NCBI GenBank assembly: GCA_000965745.1
Contig: CP009479.1
Span: 128,001 to 192,000 of the forward strand
Source: an uncultured archaeon
Lineage (GTDB): Archaea; Thermoplasmatota; Thermoplasmata; Thermoplasmatales; Thermoplasmataceae
DNA: 64,000 bases
Direction: 5' to 3'
A program made the translations under genes and the position numbers. Of the stretch, positions 39,913 to 49,683 are shown piece by piece. Every line of letters starts with the position of its first letter. The first letter of the stretch is position 1. Below the pieces are notes generated by a model. It did no database searches, was not told the DNA's origin, and saw only the letters and a list, made by a program, of their open reading frames with translations.

Positions 39913-42900
39913 TCTCCCTTGGCAATCAATTCAGCCTGCTTGATGACAGTTTCTGTTGCCTTCTTCTGCTTATCAGGAGGATAGCCATATTTCCTGAGTA
40001 TTCTCTTGACAGCTGCCCTGAGCTTAGCACGAACGTTCTCCCTCACTGTCCAGTCTATTGTTTTATTCTTCTTTACAGTGTCAACGAGTTCCAGAGCAAT
40101 CTCCCTCAGCGTTTCGTCTCCGAGAACCTTTACTGCAGAGTCGTTCACTTCAAGGGCATCATAGAATGCGAGTTCCTCTTCCGTCATCTTGAGGTCCGAA
40201 CCACGATCCGCGGATGCCTTGACCTCCCTGGCGAGTCCTATGAGTTCCTCTATTACCTGTGCTGCTTCCACTGTGTGGTTCTCATATCTCTTTATTGCAT
40301 CTTTGAGCATATCGGAAAACAATCTGGATTGAACCAGGTTCTTCCTCATGTGCGTACGAAGTTCATCGTTGATGAGTTTTTCAAGCAGTTCGAGTGCGAG
40401 ATTCCTCTGCCGCATGCTCTTGATTGAATTCAGGAACTCATCAGACATTATGGGGGATACATCCGGTTTCTTTATGCCGGCAGCCTCGAATATGTCAATA
40501 ATGCCCCTAGAACCTATGGCTTCAGAAATGATCTGCCTTATGGCTGTATCTGTCTCCTCCCTGCTTCTTTCCGTCGATACCGTGTGCTTGACGATCTGTG
40601 CCTTTATCGCCTGCAGGAATCCAACCTCGTCTCTCACCTCCAGAGCTTCCCTCATGGGAACTGCAAGGGAAAATGCCCTTGACAGTTCCGTTACTGCCTT
40701 TACAAATCTCTCCTTCCCCTGATCAACGCCGAGAATGAAGTTCAGAGCGTTGACAATAATGGTCATCCTCTGGCTACTGCCGGATCTGAAATATATGGAA
40801 TAATCAAAGCCGTGGAAGATATCCCTGCATACTTCCAGTTTCTCCAGCATGACCTTTACTGCTTCTTCCTGGTCAATACCAACGTCCCTCCTGTCTGATG
40901 GAGAATATGAGATAAGAGCACTCTTGAGATTGTATCCTATGCCGATGTAATCGACAATGAGGCCTCCCTGTTTATCCTTGAATACCCTGTTAACGCGGGC
41001 AATGGCCTGCATCAGATTATGCCCTTGCATGATCTTGTCAACATACATCGTATGAAGGATAGGAGCGTCAAATCCTGTGAGCCACATATCCCTGACTATT
41101 ACAATCTCAAGTGGATCATTGGGTCTCTTCAATCTTGAGGCAATATGCTCCCTTCTTGCCTTGTTTCTGATATGAGGTTGCATTTTCTGGGGATCGCTAG
41201 CAGATCCTGTCATTATGACTTTAATAGCACCTGTATCATCCTGATCGGAGTGCCATTCCGGTTTGATCCTGGTGATTGCATCATACATTTCAACGCAGAT
41301 CCTTCTGCTTGTGCATACGACAAGGGCTTTGCCAACCAATGCTGATTCTCTGGCTTCAAAATGCCTGACAATATCAGAAGCGATCTCGTCAATCCTGCTC
41401 TGTGTTCCGACAATGGCTTCTAATCGGGACCACTTGCTTTTCAATCGATCCTGGACTTGTTCTCCCTCCCCTTCTGTTATTTCATCAATCTCCTTGTTGA
41501 TGGAATCCAGTTCATCACGCTTGACATGCAGCTTGACAAGCCTCGCCTCATAGTATATGGGCACGGTGAATTTATCCTCGACAGACCTTTCGATATCATA
41601 GATGTCGATGTAGTCGCCAAATATCTGGACAGTTGTTCTGTCGCTCAGTTCAAGAGGAGTTGCGGTGAACCCGATGAAGGAAGCATTCGGCAGTGCGTCA
41701 TGGAGGTGCCTTGCAAATCCGTCTATGAAATCATACTGCGAGCGGTGTGCTTCATCCGCTATGACGATAACGTTCCTTCTCCCGGTGAGGAGAGGATCCA
41801 TATCATCAGTATCTGGTACAAACTTCTGAATTGTCGTGAAAATTATGCCACCTGAAGCAACCTTGAGCAATTCACGGAGGTTCTTTCTAGTTTCGGCCTG
41901 CACAGGTGTCTGTCTCAGCACCTCATGGCATCTTGAGAAACCATCGAAGAGCTGATTGTCAAGATCATTCCGGTCGGTCATAACGACAATGGTTGGGTTT
42001 TCAAGCGCGGGGTGCTGAATGATCTTACCGGCGTAGAATATCATGGTGATGCTCTTGCCGCTTCCCTGGGTGTGCCATACAACGCCTATCTTCCGATCGC
42101 CATTTTCCGATATGGCATTGAGAGTATTGTTCACAGTGGCATTGACCGCATTGTACTGGTGATAGCCTGCAATCTTCTTTGAAATATTGGATTTATCAAC
42201 CTCGAACAGAATGAAATTAACAATGATATCAAGAATCCTGTCCTTTGAAAAGACATCGTGAACCACTGTGTTCAGATCCGGCTTCCCCACTGGAACATTG
42301 CTCTTCCCCTGAACTGATCTCCACGGCATGAATCTCTGCCAGTCTGAGGTTATGGCCCCAATCTTTGCATCAATTCCGTCTGAGATTACAACGATCTCAT
42401 TGTAATGGAATATGGTGGGTATGTCGTTCTTGTATGTCTGGATCTGGTTGAATGCATCCTCCATGGTTGCATTTTCATTTGCAGGGTTTTTCAGCTCCAT
42501 TATCGCAATGGGAATGCCGTTGATGAAGACAACAACATCAGGCCTGCGTTCCTGCTTCTCCGCAACTGTAAACTGATTCACTACAAGGAAGTCATTATTT
42601 CCAATGTTCTTTGAATCGATCAACTTGAGTGTATCATACCTTACCCTCCCATCTTGATCCTTTGATTCTATTGTGATCCCGTCTGTGAGGTAGCGATGAA
42701 AAATGTGATTGTTCTCAACGATGCTTGGAGCATGATATGTTGTGATCTTCTTGACAGCCTCTTCCCACAAATTGCTGTCAATATTGTTTATTCTTGATAG
42801 GGCAGATTTTAGCCTGTCATACAGGATAACTGACCTGTAATCTCTCCTTTCAGGTGCTGAACCATCATATGCAATGTCCGGTCCGTTCTTCACATCGTAA

Positions 42901-42965
42901 CCTACCTCTCTGAACCATTCAAGGGTAGCATTCTCTGCATCAGATTCAGTGAAGAAACTACTCAT
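39909..42965 (-). CDS. hsdR: Type I restriction endonuclease subunit R
   Basis: RRPDVV.FING.P...[46 protein letters not shown]. Confidence 0.97.
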   Translation of the reverse strand: MSSFFTESDAENATLEWFREVGYDVKNGPDIAYDGSAPERRDYRSVILYDRLKSALSRINNIDSNLWEEAVKKITTYHAPSIVENNHIFHRYLTDGITIESKDQDGRVRYDTLKLIDSKNIGNNDFLVVNQFTVAEKQERRPDVVVFINGIPIAIMELKNPANENATMEDAFNQIQTYKNDIPTIFHYNEIVVISDGIDAKIGAITSDWQRFMPWRSVQGKSNVPVGKPDLNTVVHDVFSKDRILDIIVNFILFEVDKSNISKKIAGYHQYNAVNATVNNTLNAISENGDRKIGVVWHTQGSGKSITMIFYAGKIIQHPALENPTIVVMTDRNDLDNQLFDGFSRCHEVLRQTPVQAETRKNLRELLKVASGGIIFTTIQKFVPDTDDMDPLLTGRRNVIVIADEAHRSQYDFIDGFARHLHDALPNASFIGFTATPLELSDRTTVQIFGDYIDIYDIERSVEDKFTVPIYYEARLVKLHVKRDELDSINKEIDEITEGEGEQVQDRLKSKWSRLEAIVGTQSRIDEIASDIVRHFEARESALVGKALVVCTSRRICVEMYDAITRIKPEWHSDQDDTGAIKVIMTGSASDPQKMQPHIRNKARREHIASRLKRPNDPLEIVIVRDMWLTGFDAPILHTMYVDKIMQGHNLMQAIARVNRVFKDKQGGLIVDYIGIGYNLKSALISYSPSDRRDVGIDQEEAVKVMLEKLEVCRDIFHGFDYSIYFRSGSSQRMTIIVNALNFILGVDQGKERFVKAVTELSRAFSLAVPMREALEVRDEVGFLQAIKAQIVKHTVSTERSREETDTAIRQIISEAIGSRGIIDIFEAAGIKKPDVSPIMSDEFLNSIKSMRQRNLALELLEKLINDELRTHMRKNLVQSRLFSDMLKDAIKRYENHTVEAAQVIEELIGLAREVKASADRGSDLKMTEEELAFYDALEVNDSAVKVLGDETLREIALELVDTVKKNKTIDWTVRENVRAKLRAAVKRILRKYGYPPDKQKKATETVIKQAELIAKGE

Positions 42966-44175
42966 CCGTATCTCCCAGTGGTACGCGGATTTTTCCTGAC
43001 ATAAGCTTTGGAAGAAGAAAATCTCTTATTGAGACCAGCAATGTGCTTTCTCTTTGCGATAGATCTATTTTTTCAAGGATTTTTGCAGATATGGCACCAA
43101 ACAAATTCACCAAAGAGGATGGTGGCTTTATGGATTTTCTATCCAATACTTGATTCTTATTCAATCCTGGAACAGCGCTATGGGAGTTCATCCGATCCAA
43201 ATTTAAGAAACTCAAGAGGTAGTACCAGAAAGTAATGTTTGTCCCGTTTTTTACTTCGACATAATATGTAGTATCAATAGGCCAGAAATCTGTGAAGGAA
43301 AACCTTACTTCGCCAACTGTACCCTTCCTTCCTATTATTATGCCCGGACCTTCAACAAGATGTTTATCGTTATATCCCACTACACCATTTGACCCGAAGA
43401 CCGGTACATAGCCTTCTTGCCTTCTGTCTTGGCGTAGAGATTTTCCATAACGCAGGTCGATAGACTGCGCAATTTTCTCAACATTCCATCCCTTTGGTAT
43501 CTCTCCGAGTTCAGAATCAACCATTTCTCCTTCACTCGACTTATATGGATTTCCATTCTCATCTGGAAACTCAAAATCGATGAACCAGTGCTTGAATATT
43601 GCCTGTGCAGTGGATTCTAAGGTTTTGTTCATTTGTTGGTTGAGTTCGATTTTGGAATCGAGGTCAGCAAGTATCTTGGATATTACCTTTTGTTCCTTTT
43701 CCGGGGGACAGGGTACGATAGATTCTGCTATGACTTCTGCGGTTATTGATGGATACGCAGTCGTGCTGGTCTCAGCTATAGCTGACAAATAACTTGTGTA
43801 TTCATTAGTTGTAATAGAATAGTACAAAAAATCCGAATCTATTTTTCTTGGAGTCAAAACAACGAACCCGGTTGAGGCGATAGTACACGACTTGGAGCCC
43901 TTAATCCTACAGTAATGCTTCAAGTTTGGTCTCACAGAAGAAATCAAGATGTCTTTGTCTTGGACCACTCTTTTTGCTCTAGTTGGAGCTTCATTCAAGG
44001 ATAAATTTGTAGTTTTCCTGATTACCCCCTCCTCTACAGAATCAATGTCAATGTACTCTATGTACCGACAAGCTGTGTTTTTTTTCAGATTCTTTTCATT
44101 GATTGAGGCGAGTTCCTTCACAATTCTAGCGCTCCAACCATTGGGCAAATCGAGAGGAGAGCCATTTTGGTTCAA
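42958..44175 (-). CDS. hsdS: Type I R-M specificity subunit S
   Basis: Two TRDs with the conserved spacer EQ..I..IL..LD.KIELN...N.TLE..AQA.FK.WF; LLPKLMSG. Confidence 0.95.
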   Translation of the reverse strand: MNQNGSPLDLPNGWSARIVKELASINEKNLKKNTACRYIEYIDIDSVEEGVIRKTTNLSLNEAPTRAKRVVQDKDILISSVRPNLKHYCRIKGSKSCTIASTGFVVLTPRKIDSDFLYYSITTNEYTSYLSAIAETSTTAYPSITAEVIAESIVPCPPEKEQKVISKILADLDSKIELNQQMNKTLESTAQAIFKHWFIDFEFPDENGNPYKSSEGEMVDSELGEIPKGWNVEKIAQSIDLRYGKSLRQDRRQEGYVPVFGSNGVVGYNDKHLVEGPGIIIGRKGTVGEVRFSFTDFWPIDTTYYVEVKNGTNITFWYYLLSFLNLDRMNSHSAVPGLNKNQVLDRKSIKPPSSLVNLFGAISAKILEKIDLSQRESTLLVSIRDFLLPKLMSGKIRVPLGDTDE

Positions 44176-44211
44176 GAGTAGCCATCTCCGTTATAACTTT
44201 CAGATTTGCGT

Positions 44212-45018
44212 TCAATTTTCACTCTCAGTTTCCCCCACAATAACCATTGTTAAATCAAATGCTGCATTCAGCAAATTGGCGACATAATATAATTCATCAG
44301 AAATACTCTCCGATTGCTTTGTCTCAATCAATTTTTCGATATTCTTTTGTTTCTTTGGTTCCGTGATTTTCATCACGGAATCCTCTGCTTTCTTAGCCAA
44401 TTTCTTTGTAAAATTGGCATTTATTGACTCAAAGCCTTGTTGCTTTTGTTCATAAACTTGGAACAATTCTTTCCCAAGAATAGAGCCACTTTTTTTGATC
44501 CGTTCTGAATGCTGAACGAAATCTTTCTCCCCTTCTTTAAACGTAATGTAGTGCTGTTTTTTCTCATCAATCGCGTAATCTTCGCAATCTCGCAACGGAA
44601 TAAGCCTAGAGTTCTTAGTAACTTGCCGACTTAGGAATGCATCCTCAAATCTTTCGCCAGAAGAAACTTCTGGTGCCACATAATATGTTTCTTCATTACC
44701 AAGAATCTGTGCGTGCGCCCATAGGTGTCGATGTTGTTGGTTGTTGTTGGCTTTGTGAAGCTTAAATCTATAATAAGGACCACTGTATGTGCCATCTGCA
44801 ATGAACATCGAATTGCCTCTCGAATATCGTTCACTCAGCTTGAATTGGTAATAAAAGTCCTTTCCTCTAGTTGGTAGTTTAACATCCCATCCTAATTTCG
44901 CTTCTCCTCTTAGGCTTGGGAGAATTGGAACTCCGATGACTTTTCTCCATTTACGAAGGGTTTGTTCGTGAAGGAATGCATAGCCAAAGGAAAACTCAGA
45001 TAAACCTATATCTGCCAT
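44212..45018 (-). CDS. Uncharacterised PD-(D/E)XK-like protein nested in the R-M operon
   Basis: SEFSFG, PSL..E..LGWD, YYQFK, QH..L, YYVAP; overlaps the hsdM stop. Confidence 0.7.
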   Translation of the reverse strand: MADIGLSEFSFGYAFLHEQTLRKWRKVIGVPILPSLRGEAKLGWDVKLPTRGKDFYYQFKLSERYSRGNSMFIADGTYSGPYYRFKLHKANNNQQHRHLWAHAQILGNEETYYVAPEVSSGERFEDAFLSRQVTKNSRLIPLRDCEDYAIDEKKQHYITFKEGEKDFVQHSERIKKSGSILGKELFQVYEQKQQGFESINANFTKKLAKKAEDSVMKITEPKKQKNIEKLIETKQSESISDELYYVANLLNAAFDLTMVIVGETESEN

Positions 45019-46670
45019 CCTATATTCTCCAGATTTACCTTTATCTCTTCATCCAATCTATTGCTCTCTTCCATCTGCTGTTTCAATTCAGAAGTTAGCT
45101 TCTGCATCTTTTTCTGGAATTCTTCATCATCGTCCTCCTGCTCTTCAGAACCGACATATCTTCCAGGTGTGAGGACATAGTTGTTCTGTCTGACCTCGTC
45201 AAGCTTCGAAGAATTGCAGAATCCGGGAACGTTTTCATAATGCCCGAATTCTGACTCGCCCCTCCATGCATGATAAGTGTCTGATATCTTCTTTATATCA
45301 TCCGGGCAGAATACTCTGTGTGTTCTGTCCGTCATTGTGCCCGATTTCCTGGCATCGATGAAGAGAGTTTCTCCTCTCCTGTCCCTGAAGTTGTGATTCT
45401 GCCGGTCTCTGGAAAGAAACCATAAACACGCGGGGATGGCAACATTATAAAACAGATTCGTCGGCAGTGCGACAATGCAGTCAACAAGGTCAGCTTCAAC
45501 CATCCCCTTCCTTATGTTGCCTTCATTGCTTGTGTTTGATGATAATGAACCGTTTGCCAGAACAAAACCTGCTGTACCACCGGGAGCAAGGTGATGTATG
45601 AAGTGCTGCACCCAAGCAAAGTTGGCACTTCCCGCTGGTGGTATGCCATATTTCCATCTCATGTCTTCCCTGTGGTTCTGGCCGTTCCAGTCGCTGTCAT
45701 TGAAAGGCGGATTCGCAAGAACGAAATCAGCCTTCAGGTCCCTGTGCTGATCCCTGGAAAATGTATCTGCATTGGTCTCTCCCAGATTGCCGTCGATGCC
45801 CCTGATGGCAAGGTTCATTTTGGCAAGTCTCCAGGTTGTTGGATTTGATTCCTGTCCGTAGACGGATATGTCGCCGATTCTGCCCCCATGGGCCTGTATG
45901 AACTTCTCGGATTGAACGAACATTCCTCCAGAACCACAGCATGGATCGTAAACCCTCCCGTGATACGGTTCAATCATTTCCACCAGCAATCTGACGATGG
46001 ATGCAGGTGTGTAGAACTGTCCCCCCTTCTTTCCCTCGGCAGATGCAAACTGACCGAGAAAGTATTCGTAAACTCTCCCAAGAATATCCTTTGATCTGTT
46101 TGACGAATCACCGAGGCCAATGCTGCCAACTATATCGATCAGCTGCCCGAGTCTCTCCTTATCCAGGGTTGGCCTGTTGTAATCCTTTGGCAGTACTCCT
46201 CTAAGTGAGGTGTTTTCCTTCTCTATTGAGTCCATTGCCTCGTCTATCATCTTCCCTATGAGGGGTGTTTTGGCAGCATTCTGTATCACATGCCATCTCG
46301 CATTTTTTGGAACCCAGAATATATTCTCACCAACATACTCATCACGGTCTTCAGGGTCCGCACCTTCCACTTTTTCCTCAAGCAATGCATTGTAGCGTTC
46401 TTCGAATGAGTCAGATATGTATTTTAAAAAAATCAATCCCAGGACAACATGTTTGTACTCAGCTGCATCCATATTGCTTCTCAGCTTGTCAGCAGCAGCC
46501 CATAGTTTTTTTTCTAGGTCGTGACCCCGGAATTCCTTAATGCAATCTTCCTTGTCTTTGTTGGGAGACGTCCGACCTTGTGATTGGACATTGTTTTGGG
46601 TATTGGTGTAATTGTCTAGTTTTGAATCTACCACCACTGCATACCGATTTAACGGGTATAAAATTTTCAT
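45006..46670 (-). CDS. hsdM: Type I R-M N6-adenine methyltransferase subunit M
   Basis: [37 protein letters not shown]. True start may be a GTG near 46634. Confidence 0.96.
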   Translation of the reverse strand: MKILYPLNRYAVVVDSKLDNYTNTQNNVQSQGRTSPNKDKEDCIKEFRGHDLEKKLWAAADKLRSNMDAAEYKHVVLGLIFLKYISDSFEERYNALLEEKVEGADPEDRDEYVGENIFWVPKNARWHVIQNAAKTPLIGKMIDEAMDSIEKENTSLRGVLPKDYNRPTLDKERLGQLIDIVGSIGLGDSSNRSKDILGRVYEYFLGQFASAEGKKGGQFYTPASIVRLLVEMIEPYHGRVYDPCCGSGGMFVQSEKFIQAHGGRIGDISVYGQESNPTTWRLAKMNLAIRGIDGNLGETNADTFSRDQHRDLKADFVLANPPFNDSDWNGQNHREDMRWKYGIPPAGSANFAWVQHFIHHLAPGGTAGFVLANGSLSSNTSNEGNIRKGMVEADLVDCIVALPTNLFYNVAIPACLWFLSRDRQNHNFRDRRGETLFIDARKSGTMTDRTHRVFCPDDIKKISDTYHAWRGESEFGHYENVPGFCNSSKLDEVRQNNYVLTPGRYVGSEEQEDDDEEFQKKMQKLTSELKQQMEESNRLDEEIKVNLENIGWQI

Positions 46671-46927
46671 CCTGCAACGATGTAGTTTTGTTTCTTCTTG
46701 AATATGAAATCAAACTGTTCAAACGTCAACTTGTTCTTGGTCTTCTCGATTTCTTAAGCCAGTTTCATAGCCTTTGTCTTCAGATCCTCTCTTGCTTCCT
46801 CACCCTTATTATATGCATCGAACGCGGTTTCACTCAGCATATTGTTCCAGAGAGGACATACAACAACAAATGTGCCTATCCTGTCCAGAATGAGGGGGAC
46901 CAAACCAATTGTACTTTTGAATTTCAC
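46667..46927 (-). pseudogene. Degraded ORF upstream of hsdM
   Basis: VKFKSTIGLVPLILDRIG...KAMKLA*EIEKTKNKL...IVAG* with an internal TAA at 46754-46756. Confidence 0.35.
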
Positions 46928-47005
46928 ATGGAATGTTCAACTTTCTGTATCCTGCAACTAAAAGATGGAAACATTAAAGTTTAGATAGCTTATATTTAGG
47001 GAAGA

Positions 47006-47497
47006 TTGTCAGAATATATGCCAGACTCAAAGGTTCCCATTAGTACGTTCATAGAATTGTATAAGATCGAGAGTGGGCTGATTCAAAGGAAGGTTAATCA
47101 GATATTGACCATTCGTTCGATTTCTGTCACTTTTTTGGTTGGAATTCTTACTCTGATTGGGGTTCTTGGTCAAACTTCAATATCAATGGGTGTAGCTTAC
47201 GCATTGATTCTCTTGTTCATACCATTTTATTTACTAGAATCGGTTTACGATTCTCACCTTATACCAATGCATAACCGTGAACTTCTTTTGAAGGAGGAAA
47301 TAGCAAAAATGTTGAACTCGATTTACCCGGGAAATACCATTTCAGACGCCTACAAGACAAGTGGAGTAAGCCTATTTGATTTGTCACTTCACTGGCCCCT
47401 TTTCTATGCCCTGACGAGAAAGATTAGGATAGTATACTACGCGATAATCGTAATAATTTATGTATTAGTTGTCACTCTTATCACAAGCGTTATTTGA
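47006..47497 (+). CDS. Membrane protein (about 3 TM), candidate effector of the adjacent cyclase
   Basis: Hydrophobic segments ISVTFLVGILTLIGVL, VAYALILLFIPFYLL and IVYYAIIVIIYVLVVTLI. Start may be ATG 47018. Confidence 0.75.
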   Translation: MSEYMPDSKVPISTFIELYKIESGLIQRKVNQILTIRSISVTFLVGILTLIGVLGQTSISMGVAYALILLFIPFYLLESVYDSHLIPMHNRELLLKEEIAKMLNSIYPGNTISDAYKTSGVSLFDLSLHWPLFYALTRKIRIVYYAIIVIIYVLVVTLITSVI

Positions 47498-48219
47498 GGG
47501 GAATGGAAATGGCATCATGGGCAGACTATTCAAGAGCATCAAGATCTAGAATTAATGAATATGATCGGAAACGAAAAAAATACCCACCTAAGACCGGTTT
47601 GACAATGCCAGATCTCGAAGATTTGCAAATCGGTGGATCTAGGATGTTTCAATTGGCGGTATTGTCGATTGATATAAGGGGATTCACAAAAATAGCCATG
47701 GCTTACAACAACAAGGGAGTTGAAAGTTTAGCGAGAATTCAAGCCTTGTATCTGGCTGAAATGTCTAACATCATTAAAGAATATGATGGAGTTACTGAGA
47801 AATATACCGGGGACGGAGTAATGGGACTATTTGGAACTGAGTCTGATACTAACGCTATAAACGATGTTTCTAATGCGATAAAGGCTGCACTGACAGTGAA
47901 GTTAGTTCTCAAGAACTCTTTGAATCCATATCTAAAAGAGTCAGGACTGACTGAAATTCAACTTGGAATGGGGATCGATTATGGAACCGTCATGATGGAG
48001 AGAGTTGGTCTTAGAGGAGAAAACCAATTCTCGCTTGCTGGGCCTACTGTCAGCCTAGCTTCCAAAATGCAAGCCCAGGCCGAACCGGGGCAAATTATAA
48101 TCGGAGAAGATGTGAAGAAGAGGGTTCAGGGAAACGACTTGAAATTTGTAAAACCTCATAAAATCAATTGGGACTTCACATACCCATTATACCTTTATGA
48201 TGCTACCTGGAAAGAATAG
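47494..48219 (+). CDS. Class III nucleotidyl cyclase (PycC-like)
   Basis: AVLSIDIRGFT, KYTGDGVM, GMGIDYG, ASKMQ. Likely start is ATG 47509 after GAGGGG. Confidence 0.88.
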   Translation: MRGMEMASWADYSRASRSRINEYDRKRKKYPPKTGLTMPDLEDLQIGGSRMFQLAVLSIDIRGFTKIAMAYNNKGVESLARIQALYLAEMSNIIKEYDGVTEKYTGDGVMGLFGTESDTNAINDVSNAIKAALTVKLVLKNSLNPYLKESGLTEIQLGMGIDYGTVMMERVGLRGENQFSLAGPTVSLASKMQAQAEPGQIIIGEDVKKRVQGNDLKFVKPHKINWDFTYPLYLYDATWKE

Positions 48220-48223
48220 TCAA

Positions 48224-48838
48224 TTCCCTCCTCGATGTGAATTATCCTGCTGTTCCTTATGTCGTAGAACAGCGTCACATAGACATGATGCTTCTCCACC
48301 GAGAATTCATCAACTCCCGGCACTGAGGTGCCAGAATAACCCTCTTTTCACGTGCTTCATCAACATAGTGTCTCATGATTCTCCACACAGAATCGTCGCT
48401 CATCCCGATCATTCTTGATACAGCGAGTGGAGGCATTTCTCTGCACATTTCGACTATCAATGCTTCAAAATGAAGGAAGAAACCTGATCCCCTGCTTGCC
48501 CATGGTACGTTCACAGTCTTCTTTCCATGCTCATTGCACAGTATTCTGGTATCTCTGGCGTGTACATAGGCTGGATACCGGAACACATTCAGGTGTCTCA
48601 ATGTCCTCTCTGTTGTGTCGTGCACTCCGGACGGCTCATGGCACACAGGAAATGGGAATTTCGATCCCCTGGGGAAATCTGTTGTGATGCCAACTCTCTT
48701 CTCGCTGTGATCAACGCTGATACCCTTTATTTTCCAGGGTTACTCAAGGCCTAGAAGCTTCCTGAACAGTTCCTCTGAATCCATGGATTGTGATCGAAAA
48801 GGAGCTTATTATTTACCCCGAATGATCGAGAGAGAACC
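48224..48838 (-). mobile_element. ISL3-family element, truncated and degenerate copy 2
   Basis: Near-identical to ~35125-35740, including the left IR. Transposase ATG at 48784 has an early TAA and a frameshift; the 3' half is missing. Confidence 0.88.
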
Positions 48839-48846
48839 AGTTTTAT

Positions 48847-49683
48847 TCAGAACGGGCTTTCAAAGTCAAAAAGTGTTCTTTTCCCAAGTTTTTCCACGTA
48901 ATCCCAGTATCTCCTGATAAAAGACCTCTGGAATTTCTTGCTGTTCTTCGGGAAATATATCTCATTGGCCCTTGCTGTTATCAGGCCAGCCTTGTCCAGG
49001 TCCTGGAGAAGCTCTGAAAAATCTGCCCTGATCATCTCCCTTTCCTCACCGACCGAGAATGCGTACGCCTCTGCAGAGGACTCGTAAAGGATGGTTGGAA
49101 GTGATGCTTTTCCCGTCCTTGCATAGTTGAGCGATATGAATGCAAACTTTACCAGAGGGTCAAGCTGGCTGATGTATGGATGAGGGAAGTTGCCTATAAT
49201 CCGCATACCCTCGTCAGAGGAAAGCTTCTTCAGGAATTCATCTGATGTTTCACCCTTGATCATTGCCCTGGCCGTAGATTTTTCTGTCGAGATCAGCCAG
49301 ATCATCTCAACCGGAAACAGATCAAAGGTTGATTCTCTCTTCAGGGGCTTCCCGTCTGCAATAATCAGGATGGAAGTGACCTTGTCCCTGCTTCCGGAGG
49401 TATCCTGCCTGTCATTTTCCATCTTCACCCTAAGGCCTTCTGCATCCTCAAGGTCGTCGGTGGTAGCATATGCGTAAAAAAACTCGTTTGATTCACTCCT
49501 AGAGACTGTCCGGACTGCCTTTATTCTTGAGTAGCCCTCCTCGATCCGGACATCTTTGACTGAAAGCTGGAGTTCACCGTAATTCTGCTGGATAAGGGAG
49601 TATGCTGCAGAGAGCAGCTCATGCTGCCCCAGGTTCCTCTCAGATTCTTCCTGGCGCTCCCTGATGATTTTCGGCGAGGTCAT
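48847..49683 (-). CDS. Uncharacterised protein, divergent homolog of gene B; wHTH-like end and PIP-like tail
   Basis: ATGA overlap with the upstream gene; IW, DPLV, LLQDLDKAGLI, KRTLFDF. Confidence 0.78.
   Translation of the reverse strand: MTSPKIIRERQEESERNLGQHELLSAAYSLIQQNYGELQLSVKDVRIEEGYSRIKAVRTVSRSESNEFFYAYATTDDLEDAEGLRVKMENDRQDTSGSRDKVTSILIIADGKPLKRESTFDLFPVEMIWLISTEKSTARAMIKGETSDEFLKKLSSDEGMRIIGNFPHPYISQLDPLVKFAFISLNYARTGKASLPTILYESSAEAYAFSVGEEREMIRADFSELLQDLDKAGLITARANEIYFPKNSKKFQRSFIRRYWDYVEKLGKRTLFDFESPF

Noticed and set aside
46580-46984. 134-aa plus-strand ORF
   Set aside because: Overlaps the hsdM start antisense and reads like the shadow of the minus-strand remnant.
34478-48846. 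Target-site duplication for IS copy 1 or for the whole composite
   Set aside because: The flanks TTTAATAT, TCTTTTAT and AGTTTTAT do not match.
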